NCBI GenBank assembly: GCA_040954595.2
Contig: CM082577.2
Coordinates: 19,070,303 to 19,134,302, forward strand
DNA from: Balanoglossus misakiensis
Lineage: Eukaryota > Animalia > Hemichordata
Length of the DNA stretch: 64,000 bases
Reading direction: 5' to 3'
Part shown: positions 1 to 13,729 of the stretch, piece by piece
Layout: every line of letters begins with the position of its first letter
How positions within the stretch are numbered: position 1 is the first letter of the stretch
Notes under the pieces: model-generated
Seen by the model: only the letters and a program-made list of their open reading frames with translations
Told to the model about the DNA's origin: nothing
Databases searched by the model: none
Program-made: the position numbers and the translations under genes

Positions 1-3000
1 GTGACCTTTCAACTAATTTTGCGTATCTGGCGCTTAGGCCCCTGTTGGGTCCGTTGGAAATTTTAGAGAGCCAAGAGAGGTTTGGGCCCCTATGGATTTG
101 GGTTTTTCATGTTCCTTGTGGTGATTAAAGTAAGATATTGTATAATTATTGTGATATTTGTGATTTTGCCACTTTTGAACGAATATTTTTTTCCGTGAAA
201 CTGCTCGTTGGATTGCTCTGAAATTTGGAATGAACATTCCAAGTGTTAACCTAAGATTGCTTTGGAAGATGGGACACAAGTTCATACATGTAACACGTAT
301 GTGCAACTTTTATTGAATTCTGATATCAGAAATGTTCAATATTTAGCAAGTTTGGTTGAGTGTAAGTTTCCTTTTTGTTGGTTAGCAAATCTCCTTAACC
401 AATTGTTCAGTGGCTTTGAAGGTTACTGTTAGGGTCGGCAGGTCAAATTTAGCGTAGGTCAAATAATCAGAACAGCACATATTTAATATTTCGGCCTAGT
501 GTTCACCTAACTGAGATGTACAAAAATTACTCAGAATTTTTATTTATTCGATCCATATGGTGGCCATATTGGATTTTCCAAAAATGGATGGAAAACATTA
601 AAAATCATCTCCCCCATTAGCAAATCGCTGTTTCAGCCGAAACTTGCATACATCATTGTGTGCATGGCTTGTTTGAAGTTGTTGACAAAATATGGCCGCC
701 ATGTTTGATTGTTTAATTTTCTGCAATCCATTCTTAGCCTAAATATTGATAGCACAGAAATTCTTTTAATGATTATTGGTCAACATAGGACTTAAATTTG
801 CTACAATTTTTTTGGCAATTTTAGGAAGACCTTTGACCTTGTTTGGTAGAAGCTAATTATATATGCGTATGTTTAATGCTAGCTGTTGTTAAAGCACAGA
901 GTCGCCATTTATGTGCACATGGATGGGTTAAAGTCACAGCCAGGATTCCCTTCAAATATTTTTAGCAATTTTGGCAATGACCTTTGACCTACTTTAGACG
1001 CATTATTTTACTGCATATCTTATTATGACCTTTCATCTAATTTTGCATATCTGGCGCTTAGGCCCCTGTTGGGACCGTTGGAAATTTTAGAGAGCCAAGA
1101 GAGGTTTGGGCCCGTATGGGTTTGGGTTTTTCATGTTCCTTGTGGTGATTAAAGTAAGATATTGTACAATTAATGTGATATTTGTGATTTTGCTACTTTT
1201 GAACAAATATTGTTTTCCGTGAAACTGCTCGTTGGATTGCTCTGAAATTTTGAAGGAACATTCCAAGTGTTAACCTAAGTTTTCTCTGATTGCTTTGGAA
1301 GATGGGACACAAGTTCATACATGTAACACGTATGTGCAACTTTTATTAAATTCTGATATCAGAAATGTTCAATATTTAGCAAGTTTGGTTGAGTGTAAGT
1401 TTCCTTGTTGTTGGTTAGCAAATCTCCTAAACCAATTGTTCAGTGGCTTTGAAGGTTACTGTTAGGGTCGGCAGGTTAAATTTAGCGTAGGTAAGATAAT
1501 CAGAACAGCACATATTTTTATTTCGGCCTAGTGTTCACCTAACTGAGATGTACAAAAATTACTCAGAATTTTTATTTATTCGATCCATATGGTGGCCATA
1601 TTGGATTTTCCAAAAATGGATGGAAAACATTAAAAATCATCTCCTCCATTTGCAAATCGCTGTTTCAGCCGAAACTTGCATACATCATTGTGTGCATGGC
1701 TTGTTTGAAGTTGTTGACAAAATATGGCCGCCATGTTTGATTGTTTAATTTTCAGCAATCCATTCTTAGCCTAAATATTGATAGCACAGAAATTCTTTTA
1801 ATGATTATTGGTCAACATATGACTTAAATTTTCTACAAATTTTTTCGCAATTTTAGGAAGACCTTTGACCTAGTTTGGTAGAAACTAATTCTATATGCCT
1901 ATGTTTAATACTAGCTGTTGTTAAAGCACAGGGTCGCCATTTATGTGCACATGGATGGGTAAAATCACTGCCAGGATTCCCTTCAAATATTTTTAGCAAT
2001 TTTGGCAATGACCTTTGACCAACTTAGGACGCATTATTTTACTGCATATCTTAATATATGCTAACCAATGTAAAGCAGTGTCACTGATTAAAAGATGACT
2101 GGATGGCTTTCATTGTGTAGCTATACAATGCTTGAATAAAGTTCACCACTGATGGCGCTATGCTAGAATCAATGTACTTAAGAATATAACAACCAATACG
2201 GCTAGAAGTTTGGTTTTGGATACATGAGAAACACTATGGGACTAAAATATGATAGTAAATTTCAGGAATCCTTGAACTCTGCTGACCTCATTAAATTCAA
2301 GGCTATTAAAGTTGGATTGCTATGAAATTTGGATGGAATATTCCTAGTGTTAACCCTCGTTTTTTCTGATTCAGTGATTGCCTTGGAAGATGGGACACAA
2401 GTTAAATTACTGTAGGTGGGGTAATCAGAACAGCACATATATTTTTTTTGGCTAGTGTTCAGCTAACTGAGATTTACAAAAATTACTCAGAATTTTTATT
2501 TGGACGATCCATATGGTGGCCATATTGGATTTTCCAAAAATGGATGGAAAACATTAAAATCATCTCCTCCATTAGCAAATTGCTGTTTCAGCCGAAACTT
2601 GCATACATCATTGTGTGCATGGCTTGTTTGAAGTTGTTGACAAAATATGGCGGCCATGTTTGATTGTTTAATTTTCTGCAATCCATTCTTAGCCTAAATA
2701 TTGATAGCACAGAATTCTTTTAATGATTATTGGTCAACATAGGACTTAAATTTGCTACAATTTTTTTAGCAATTTTAGGAAGACCTTTGACCTTGTTTGG
2801 TAGAAGCTAATTATATATGCGTATGTTTAATGCTAGCTGTTGTTAAAGCACAGAGTCCCCATTTATGTGCACATGGATGGGTTAAAGTCATAGCCAGGAT
2901 TCCCTTCAAATATATTTAGCAATTTTGGCAATGACCTTTGACCTACTTTAGACGCATTATTTTGCTGCATATCTTATTATGACCTTTCATCTAATTTTGC

Positions 3001-4979
3001 ATATCTGGCGCTTAGGCCCCTGATGGGACCGTTGGAAATTTAGAGAGCCAAGAGAGGTTTGGGCCCCTATGGGTTTGGGTTTTTCATGTTCCTTGTGGTG
3101 ATTAAAGTAAGATATTGTACAATAATTGTGATATTTGTGATTTTGCCACTTTTGAACGAATATTGTTTTCCGTGAAACTGCTCATTGGATTGCTCTGAAA
3201 TTTTGATGGAACATTCTAAGTGTTAACCTAAGTTTTCTCTGGTTGCTTTGGAAGATGGGACACAAGTTCATACATGTAACACGTATGTGCAACTTTTATT
3301 AAATTCTGATATCAGAAATGTTCAATATTTCGCAAGTTTGGTTGAGTGTAAGTTTCCTTGTTGTTGGTTAGCAAATCTCCTAAACCAATTGTTCAGTGGC
3401 TTTGAAGGTTACTGTTAGGGTCGGCCGGTTAAATTTAGCGTAGGTAAGATAATCAGAACAGCACATATTTTTTATTTCGGCCTAGTGTTCACCTAATTGA
3501 GATGTACAAAATTTACTCAGAATTTTCATTTATTCGATCCATATGATGGCCATATTGGATTTTCCAAAAATGGATGGAAAACATTAAAAATCATCTCCTC
3601 CATTAGCAAATCGCTGTTTCAGCCGAAACTTGCATACATCATTGTGTGCATGGCTTGTTTGAAGTTGTTGACAAAATATGGCGGCCATGGTTGATTGTTT
3701 AATTTTCTGCAATCCATTCTTAGCCTAAATATTGATAGCACAGAAATTCTTTTAATGATTATTGGTCAACATATGACTTAAATTTTCTACAATTTTTTTC
3801 GCAATTTTAGGAAGACCTTTGACCTAGTTTGGTAGAAACTAATTCTATATGCCTATGTTTAATACTAGCTGTTCTTAAAGCACAGCGTCGCCATTTATGT
3901 GCACATGGATGGGTAAAATCACTGCCAGGATTCCCTTCAAATATTTTTAGCAATTTTGGCAATGACCTTTGACCAACTTAGGACGCATTATTTTACTGCA
4001 TATCTTAATATATGCTAACCAATGTAAAGCAGTGTCACTGATTAAAAGATGACTGGATGGCTTTCATTGTGTAGCTATACAATGCTTGAATAAAGTTCAC
4101 CACTGATGGCGCTATGCTAGAATCAATGTACTTAAGAATATAACAACCAATACGGCTAGAAGTTTGGTTTTGGATACATGAGAAACACTATGGGACTAAA
4201 ATTTGATAGTAAATTTCAGGAATCCTTGAACTCTGCTGACCTCATTAAATTCAAGGCTATTAAAGTTGGATTGCTATGAAATTTGGATGGAATATTCCTA
4301 GTGTTAACCCTCGTTTTTTTCTGATTCAGTGATTGCTTTGGAAGATGGGACACAAGTTAAATTACTGTAGGTGGGGTAATCAGAACAGCACAAATATTTT
4401 TTTTGTCTAGTGTTCACCTAACTGAGATTTACAAAAATTACTCAGAATTTTTATTTGGACCATCCATATGGTGGCCATATTGGATTTTCCAAAAATGGAT
4501 GGAAAACATTAAAATCATCTCCTCCATTAGCAAATCGCTGTTTCAGCCGAAACTTGCATACATCATTGTGTGCATGGCTTGTTTGAAGTTGTTGACAAAA
4601 TATGGCGGCCATGTTTGATTGTTTAATTTTCTGCAATCCATTCTTAGCCTAAATATTGATAGCACAGAATTCTTTTAATGATTATTGGTCAACATAGGAC
4701 TTAAATTTGCTACAATTTTTTTTAGCAAATTTAGGAAGACCTTTGACCTTGTTTGAAAGAAGCTAATTATATATGCGTATGTTTAATGCTAGCTGTTGTT
4801 AAAGCACAGAGTCCCCATTTATGTGCACATGGATGGGTTAAAGTCACAGCCAGGATTCCCTTCAAATATATTTAGCAATTTTGGCAATGACCTTTGACCT
4901 ACTTTAGACGCATTATTTTGCTGCATATCTTATTATGACCTTTCATCTAATTTTGCATATCTGGCGCTAAGGCCCCTGT
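1..4979 (+). repeat. ~1-kb complex satellite with a ~1955-bp higher-order unit
   Basis: TGACCTTTCA[A/T]CTAATTTTGC recurs at ~2, 1026, 2980 and 4936. ORFs at 2448 and 4403 are 1955 bp apart. The core block (TGGCCATATTGGATTTTCC...CAGGATTCCCTTC) occurs five times. Confidence 0.95.
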
Positions 4980-6144
4980 TAGTGCAGGAGCTAAACCCCA
5001 AATTTCGGCATAATTGTGCACTATGGGTTAAAAGCATGAAACTTGGTACACTTATGCATTGACCCATGGCGGCCATTTTCTGATATGGATCCAAAACGAC
5101 AGCGCCCTCTAGCGGCCAGAAACAGACATATATACTTTAAAATTGTGCACTTCGGGTTAAAAGCATGAAATTTGGTACAATTATTCATTGACCCATGGCG
5201 GACATTTTCCAATAAAGAACCAAAAAGACAGCGCCCTCTAGTGGCTAGAAACTGACATTTACCCTTTTCCCCCCATTAATGACACTTTTTGAGCAAGTTT
5301 AACACTCAGAGACAGAATTGTGGGTTGTAAAACATGCTTGCTGCCATACATTCCTTTTAATATTATCCTAATCCTGATGTACATGTATCAGATCAATCTT
5401 GTATGTTACTAATTGAACGATTTGTTCTTCGAAATAACAGAACCAGTTGAATACACAAAGTCATGCAAAGGGTAAGACAACACCTCTTCTCCAGAAAGTC
5501 AAGGTTCTTGAGAATATTCCTTCTTTACATGTAGCTCTTAAAGTACATGTGCTATGAGAAACCTAGCAAAGCTATATCAAACCAACAGAATCCCAGTGGA
5601 AATAAAAGTGGACAACTCTTAGTCAAGCCCAAGAAAAGAGTCAACCTCAGGAAATCAGTTGCACAAAGTCATGCACATGTTTCTGTAGGTGCTTTAGGTC
5701 TAGTCTGACAGCACTGCTCTTTGTTTCTGTCATCAAGATTGATCTGATACATGTACATCAGGATTAGGATAATATACACATCAATGTATGGTAGCAAGCA
5801 TGTTTTACAACCCACATTCCTGTTTCTGAGTCTTACAATTGACCAAACAGTGCCATTAATGGGGGAAAAAGTGTGAATGTCAGTTTCTGGCCACTAGAGG
5901 GCGCTGTCTTTTGGGATCCATATTGGAAAATGTCCGCCATGGGTCAATGAATAATTGTACCAAGTTTCATGCTTTTAACCCGAAGTGCACGATTAAAAAG
6001 TATGAATGTCTGTTTCTGGCCACTAGAGGGCGCTGTCATTTTGGATCCATATCAGAAAATGGCCGCCATGGGTCAATGCATACGTCTACCAAGTTTCATG
6101 CCTTTAACCCAAAGTGCACGATTTTTTGGTTAACTGCCCCACTA
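4980..6144. mobile_element. 1165-bp foldback MITE, copy 1 (others 6674-7838, 8368-9532, 10062-11226, 11756-12920, 13764-14928)
   Basis: Termini are TAGTG...CACTA. Imperfect inverted arms of ~400 bp (~4980-5401 vs ~5735-6144) contain ~129-bp subrepeats. No coding capacity; superfamily not assignable. Confidence 0.9.
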
Positions 6145-6354
6145 CATGGGTTCAATAGATCATTGGGCAGAAAAATTGTCAAAAATTACAGCTGCTGTGG
6201 CTTTAAACAATGTAGTGATTTGTTATATATGCCATTGTGCATATTGGCCAATCAAAGTGGAGTAATACTTGCATGCAAGTGATATAGCTTTGACATTGTC
6301 TCCCAAACAAAGGTATTGACTTTAATAAACTTCATCACTTTCTATTCAATTCAG

Positions 6355-6639
6355 GTCAACCTTGGAGTTTGTGAGGAAAATCCGTCATCACTGGAAGGTG
6401 TAATCAGTATTCTCGATTGGCTTCACAAGTATGTCCCAAGAATAAATACACCTAATGATGTCACTAATGGTATTGCCAATGGACAGTACCATGTCATTAT
6501 GTGCCAGGGAGATGGTCTCTCTATTGAAAGACATGTGGATGCTCAGAGAGCAAGAGCCGGCTGTACAACTGAAAGGGGACGTCTTCGTGGCCTAGAACCA
6601 GTCTCGCAAGAATTCCATAAGAGAGGACTACTTCTACAA
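6355..6639 (+). pseudogene. Isolated 285-bp phase-0 exon of a DUF6589-like (putative transposase-related) protein, copy 1
   Basis: Acceptor ttctattcaattcAG and donor GTAAG bound 95 open codons, VNLGVCEENP...LHKYVP...GDGLSIERHVDAQRAR...RLRGLEPVSQEFH. This matches the animal DUF6589 pattern LHxYVP...GDxLTxER..AQ..R..RLxGLxP...[WF]H as recalled. Confidence 0.7.
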
Positions 6640-8048
6640 GTAAGCTGTTAATTTACCCTTCATGTAAGGCTAATAGTGCAGGAGCTAAACCCCAAATTTC
6701 GGCATAGTTGTGCACTTTGGGTTAAAAGCATGAAACTTGGTACACTTATGCATTGACCCATGGCGGCCATTTTCTGATATGGATCCAAAACGACAGCGCC
6801 CTCTAGCGGCCAGAAACAGACATATATACTTTAAAATTGTGCACTTCGGGTTAAAAGCATGAAATTTGGTACAATTATTCATTGACCCATGGCGGACATT
6901 TTCCAATAAAGAACCAAAAAGACAGCGCCCTCTAGTGGCTAGAAACTGACATTTACCCTTTTCCCCCCATTAATGACACTTTTTGAGCAAGTTTAACACT
7001 CAGAGACAGAATTGTGGGTTGTAAAACATGCTTGCTGCCATACATTCCTTTTAATATTATCCTAATCTTGATGTACATGTATCAGATCAATCTTGTATGT
7101 TACTAATTGAACGATTTGTTCTTCGAAATAACAGAACCAGTTGAATACACAAAGTCATGCAAAGGGTAAGACAACACCTCTTCTCCAGAAAGTCAAGGTT
7201 CTTGAGAATATTCCTTCTTTACATGTAGCTCTTAAAGTACATGTGCTATGAGAAACCTAGCAAAGCTATATCAAACCAACAGAATCCCAGTGGAAATAAA
7301 AGTGGACAACTCTTAGTCAAGCCCAAGAAAAGAGTCAACCTCAGGAAATCAGTTGCACAAAGTCATGCACATGTTTCTGTAGGTGCTTTAGGTCTAGTCT
7401 GACAGCACTGCTCTTTGTTTCTGTCATCAAGATTGATCTGATACATGTACATCAGGATTAGGATAATATACACATCAATGTATGGTAGCAAGCATGTTTT
7501 ACAACCCACATTCCTGTTTCTGAGTCTTACAATTGACCAAACAGTGCCATTAATGGGGGAAAAAGTGTGAATGTCAGTTTCTGGCCACTAGAGGGCGCTG
7601 TCTTTTGGGATCCATATTGGAAAATGTCCGCCATGGGTCAATGAATAATTGTACCAAGTTTCATGCTTTTAACCCGAAGTGCACGATTAAAAAGTATGAA
7701 TGTCTGTTTCTGGCCACTAGAGGGCGCTGTCATTTTGGATCCATATCAGAAAATGGCCGCCATGGGTCAATGCATACGTCTACCAAGTTTCATGCCTTTA
7801 ACCCAAAGTGCACGATTTTTTGGTTAACTGCCCCACTACATGGGTTCAATAGATCATTGGGCAGAAAAATTGTCAAAAATTACAGCTGCTGTGGCTTTAA
7901 ACAATGTAGTGATTTGTTATATATGCCATTGTGCATATTGGCCAATCAAAGTGGAGTAATACTTGCATGCAAGTGATATAGCTTTGACATTGTCTCCCAA
8001 ACAAAGGTATTGACTTTAATAAACTTCATCACTTTCTATTCAATTCAG

Positions 8049-8333
8049 GTCAACCTTGGAGTTTGTGAGGAAAATCCGTCATCACTGGAAGGTGTAATCA
8101 GTATTCTCGATTGGCTTCACAAGTATGTCCCAAGAATAAATACACCTAATGATGTCACTAATGGTATTGCCAATGGACAGTACCATGTCATTATGTGCCA
8201 GGGAGATGGTCTCTCTATTGAAAGACATGTGGATGCTCAGAGAGCAAGAGCCGGCTGTACAACTGAAAGGGGACGTCTTCGTGGCCTAGAACCAGTCTCG
8301 CAAGAATTCCATAAGAGAGGACTACTTCTACAA
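8049..8333 (+). pseudogene. DUF6589-like exon, copy 2
   Basis: Same translation and splice sites as 6355-6639. Confidence 0.7.
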
Positions 8334-9742
8334 GTAAGCTGTTAATTTACCCTTCATGTAAGGCTAATAGTGCAGGAGCTAAACCCCAAATTTCGGCATA
8401 GTTGTGCACTTTGGGTTAAAAGCATGAAACTTGGTACACTTATGCATTGACCCATGGCGGCCATTTTCTGATATGGATCCAAAACGACAGCGCCCTCTAG
8501 CGGCCAGAAACAGACATATATACTTTAAAATTGTGCACTTCGGGTTAAAAGCATGAAATTTGGTACAATTATTCATTGACCCATGGCGGACATTTTCCAA
8601 TAAAGAACCAAAAAGACAGCGCCCTCTAGTGGCTAGAAACTGACATTTACCCTTTTCCCCCCATTAATGACACTTTTTGAGCAAGTTTAACACTCAGAGA
8701 CAGAATTGTGGGTTGTAAAACATGCTTGCTGCCATACATTCCTTTTAATATTATCCTAATCCTGATGTACATGTATCAGATCAATCTTGTATGTTACTAA
8801 TTGAACGATTTGTTCTTCGAAATAACAGAACCAGTTGAATACACAAAGTCATGCAAAGGGTAAGACAACACCTCTTCTCCAGAAAGTCAAGGTTCTTGAG
8901 AATATTCCTTCTTTACATGTAGCTCTTAAAGTACATGTGCTATGAGAAACCTAGCAAAGCTATATCAAACCAACAGAATCCCAGTGGAAATAAAAGTGGA
9001 CAACTCTTAGTCAAGCCCAAGAAAAGAGTCAACCTCAGGAAATCAGTTGCACAAAGTCATGCACATGTTTCTGTAGGTGCTTTAGGTCTAGTCTGACAGC
9101 ACTGCTCTTTGTTTCTGTCATCAAGATTGATCTGATACATGTACATCAGGATTAGGATAATATACACATCAATGTATGGTAGCAAGCATGTTTTACAACC
9201 CACATTCCTGTTTCTGAGTCTTACAATTGACCAAACAGTGCCATTAATGGGGGAAAAAGTGTGAATGTCAGTTTCTGGCCACTAGAGGGCGCTGTCTTTT
9301 GGGATCCATATTGGAAAATGTCCGCCATGGGTCAATGAATAATTGTACCAAGTTTCATGCTTTTAACCCGAAGTGCACGATTAAAAAGTATGAATGTCTG
9401 TTTCTGGCCACTAGAGGGCGCTGTCATTTTGGATCCATATCAGAAAATGGCCGCCATGGGTCAATGCATACGTCTACCAAGTTTCATGCCTTTAACCCAA
9501 AGTGCACGATTTTTTGGTTAACTGCCCCACTACATGGGTTCAATAGATCATTGGGCAGAAAAATTGTCAAAAATTACAGCTGCTGTGGCTTTAAACAATG
9601 TAGTGATTTGTTATATATGCCATTGTGCATATTGGCCAATCAAAGTGGAGTAATACTTGCATGCAAGTGATATAGCTTTGACATTGTCTCCCAAACAAAG
9701 GTATTGACTTTAATAAACTTCATCACTTTCTATTCAATTCAG

Positions 9743-10027
9743 GTCAACCTTGGAGTTTGTGAGGAAAATCCGTCATCACTGGAAGGTGTAATCAGTATTC
9801 TCGATTGGCTTCACAAGTATGTCCCAAGAATAAATACACCTAATGATGTCACTAATGGTATTGCCAATGGACAGTACCATGTCATTATGTGCCAGGGAGA
9901 TGGTCTCTCTATTGAAAGACATGTGGATGCTCAGAGAGCAAGAGCCGGCTGTACAACTGAAAGGGGACGTCTTCGTGGCCTAGAACCAGTCTCGCAAGAA
10001 TTCCATAAGAGAGGACTACTTCTACAA
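9743..10027 (+). pseudogene. DUF6589-like exon, copy 3
   Basis: Same translation and splice sites as 6355-6639. Confidence 0.7.
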
Positions 10028-11436
10028 GTAAGCTGTTAATTTACCCTTCATGTAAGGCTAATAGTGCAGGAGCTAAACCCCAAATTTCGGCATAGTTGTG
10101 CACTTTGGGTTAAAAGCATGAAACTTGGTACACTTATGCATTGACCCATGGCGGCCATTTTCTGATATGGATCCAAAACGACAGCGCCCTCTAGCGGCCA
10201 GAAACAGACATATATACTTTAAAATTGTGCACTTCGGGTTAAAAGCATGAAATTTGGTACAATTATTCATTGACCCATGGCGGACATTTTCCAATAAAGA
10301 ACCAAAAAGACAGCGCCCTCTAGTGGCTAGAAACTGACATTTACCCTTTTCCCCCCATTAATGACACTTTTTGAGCAAGTTTAACACTCAGAGACAGAAT
10401 TGTGGGTTGTAAAACATGCTTGCTGCCATACATTCCTTTTAATATTATCCTAATCCTGATGTACATGTATCAGATCAATCTTGTATGTTACTAATTGAAC
10501 GATTTGTTCTTCGAAATAACAGAACCAGTTGAATACACAAAGTCATGCAAAGGGTAAGACAACACCTCTTCTCCAGAAAGTCAAGGTTCTTGAGAATATT
10601 CCTTCTTTACATGTAGCTCTTAAAGTACATGTGCTATGAGAAACCTAGCAAAGCTATATCAAACCAACAGAATCCCAGTGGAAATAAAAGTGGACAACTC
10701 TTAGTCAAGCCCAAGAAAAGAGTCAACCTCAGGAAATCAGTTGCACAAAGTCATGCACATGTTTCTGTAGGTGCTTTAGGTCTAGTCTGACAGCACTGCT
10801 CTTTGTTTCTGTCATCAAGATTGATCTGATACATGTACATCAGGATTAGGATAATATACACATCAATGTATGGTAGCAAGCATGTTTTACAACCCACATT
10901 CCTGTTTCTGAGTCTTACAATTGACCAAACAGTGCCATTAATGGGGGAAAAAGTGTGAATGTCAGTTTCTGGCCACTAGAGGGCGCTGTCTTTTGGGATC
11001 CATATTGGAAAATGTCCGCCATGGGTCAATGAATAATTGTACCAAGTTTCATGCTTTTAACCCGAAGTGCACGATTAAAAAGTATGAATGTCTGTTTCTG
11101 GCCACTAGAGGGCGCTGTCATTTTGGATCCATATCAGAAAATGGCCGCCATGGGTCAATGCATACGTCTACCAAGTTTCATGCCTTTAACCCAAAGTGCA
11201 CGATTTTTTGGTTAACTGCCCCACTACATGGGTTCAATAGATCATTGGGCAGAAAAATTGTCAAAAATTACAGCTGCTGTGGCTTTAAACAATGTAGTGA
11301 TTTGTTATATATGCCATTGTGCATATTGGCCAATCAAAGTGGAGTAATACTTGCATGCAAGTGATATAGCTTTGACATTGTCTCCCAAACAAAGGTATTG
11401 ACTTTAATAAACTTCATCACTTTCTATTCAATTCAG

Positions 11437-11721
11437 GTCAACCTTGGAGTTTGTGAGGAAAATCCGTCATCACTGGAAGGTGTAATCAGTATTCTCGATT
11501 GGCTTCACAAGTATGTCCCAAGAATAAATACACCTAATGATGTCACTAATGGTATTGCCAATGGACAGTACCATGTCATTATGTGCCAGGGAGATGGTCT
11601 CTCTATTGAAAGACATGTGGATGCTCAGAGAGCAAGAGCCGGCTGTACAACTGAAAGGGGACGTCTTCGTGGCCTAGAACCAGTCTCGCAAGAATTCCAT
11701 AAGAGAGGACTACTTCTACAA
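11437..11721 (+). pseudogene. DUF6589-like exon, copy 4
   Basis: Same translation and splice sites as 6355-6639. Confidence 0.7.
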
Positions 11722-12994
11722 GTAAGCTGTTAATTTACCCTTCATGTAAGGCTAATAGTGCAGGAGCTAAACCCCAAATTTCGGCATAGTTGTGCACTTT
11801 GGGTTAAAAGCATGAAACTTGGTACACTTATGCATTGACCCATGGCGGCCATTTTCTGATATGGATCCAAAACGACAGCGCCCTCTAGCGGCCAGAAACA
11901 GACATATATACTTTAAAATTGTGCACTTCGGGTTAAAAGCATGAAATTTGGTACAATTATTCATTGACCCATGGCGGACATTTTCCAATAAAGAACCAAA
12001 AAGACAGCGCCCTCTAGTGGCTAGAAACTGACATTTACCCTTTTCCCCCCATTAATGACACTTTTTGAGCAAGTTTAACACTCAGAGACAGAATTGTGGG
12101 TTGTAAAACATGCTTGCTGCCATACATTCCTTTTAATATTATCCTAATCCTGATGTACATGTATCAGATCAATCTTGTATGTTACTAATTGAACGATTTG
12201 TTCTTCGAAATAACAGAACCAGTTGAATACACAAAGTCATGCAAAGGGTAAGACAACACCTCTTCTCCAGAAAGTCAAGGTTCTTGAGAATATTCCTTCT
12301 TTACATGTAGCTCTTAAAGTACATGTGCTATGAGAAACCTAGCAAAGCTATATCAAACCAACAGAATCCCAGTGGAAATAAAAGTGGACAACTCTTAGTC
12401 AAGCCCAAGAAAAGAGTCAACCTCAGGAAATCAGTTGCACAAAGTCATGCACATGTTTCTGTAGGTGCTTTAGGTCTAGTCTGACAGCACTGCTCTTTGT
12501 TTCTGTCATCAAGATTGATCTGATACATGTACATCAGGATTAGGATAATATACACATCAATGTATGGTAGCAAGCATGTTTTACAACCCACATTCCTGTT
12601 TCTGAGTCTTACAATTGACCAAACAGTGCCATTAATGGGGGAAAAAGTGTGAATGTCAGTTTCTGGCCACTAGAGGGCGCTGTCTTTTGGGATCCATATT
12701 GGAAAATGTCCGCCATGGGTCAATGAATAATTGTACCAAGTTTCATGCTTTTAACCCGAAGTGCACGATTAAAAAGTATGAATGTCTGTTTCTGGCCACT
12801 AGAGGGCGCTGTCATTTTGGATCCATATCAGAAAATGGCCGCCATGGGTCAATGCATACGTCTACCAAGTTTCATGCCTTTAACCCAAAGTGCACGATTT
12901 TTTGGTTAACTGCCCCACTACATGGGTTCAATAGATCATTGGGCAGAAAAATTGTCAAAAATTACAGCTGCTGTGGCTTTAAACAATGTAGTGA

Positions 12995-13308
12995 TTAAGC
13001 AATAAAACACCCCCAGCCATGGTATATCACGAGATTTTGACCAGTTCACGACATATACGCACGAGCGATAGCGAGTGCGTATATGGAGTTGAACTGGTCA
13101 AAATCGAGTGGTATACCATGGCTGGGGGTGTTTTATTGCTATTATATTATGCCAGTATATTGAAATTTTGCATAAAACATTTTAAAAAGGCATTTTCTTT
13201 AACTATGATATATGACTGTGGTATATGGCTAATATATCACGGTCACGTGTCGTGTCTCGACCAATCAAATAGCGTGATTTACACCATCAATATACTGGTA
13301 TAATATAA
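12995..13308 (+). mobile_element. 314-bp hairpin-type non-autonomous element inserted in spacer 5 only
   Basis: Absent from the four other spacers (empty site GTGATTTGTT), with ATT at both junctions. Hairpin ~12998-13140, then a second inverted pair 13141-13162 / 13288-13309 (21/22 match). Confidence 0.9.
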
Positions 13309-13444
13309 TTTGTTATATATGCCATTGTGCATATTGGCCAATCAAAGTGGAGTAATACTTGCATGCAAGTGATATAGCTTTGACATTGTCTCCCAAACAA
13401 AGGTATTGACTTTAATAAACTTCATCACTTTCTATTCAATTCAG

Positions 13445-13729
13445 GTCAACCTTGGAGTTTGTGAGGAAAATCCGTCATCACTGGAAGGTGTAATCAGTAT
13501 TCTCGATTGGCTTCACAAGTATGTCCCAAGAATAAATACACCTAATGATGTCACTAATGGTATTGCCAATGGACAGTACCATGTCATTATGTGCCAGGGA
13601 GATGGTCTCTCTATTGAAAGACATGTGGATGCTCAGAGAGCAAGAGCCGGCTGTACAACTGAAAGGGGACGTCTTCGTAGCCTAGAACCAGTCTCGCAAG
13701 AATTCCATAAGAGAGGACTACTTCTACAA
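13445..13729 (+). pseudogene. DUF6589-like exon, copy 5 (one G>S change)
   Basis: Same exon, reading RLRSLEP instead of RLRGLEP. Confidence 0.7.

Noticed and set aside
5021-6282. Repeated ORFs 'MENVRHGSMNNCTKFHAF' on both strands
   Set aside because: They are translations of the MITE's inverted arms and subrepeats with no protein-like features.
6140-6678. Spacer read as a CACTA element (CACTA...TAGTG)
   Set aside because: The inverted match is only 5 bp, and the same pentamers sit at the outer ends of the block, so they belong to the MITE.
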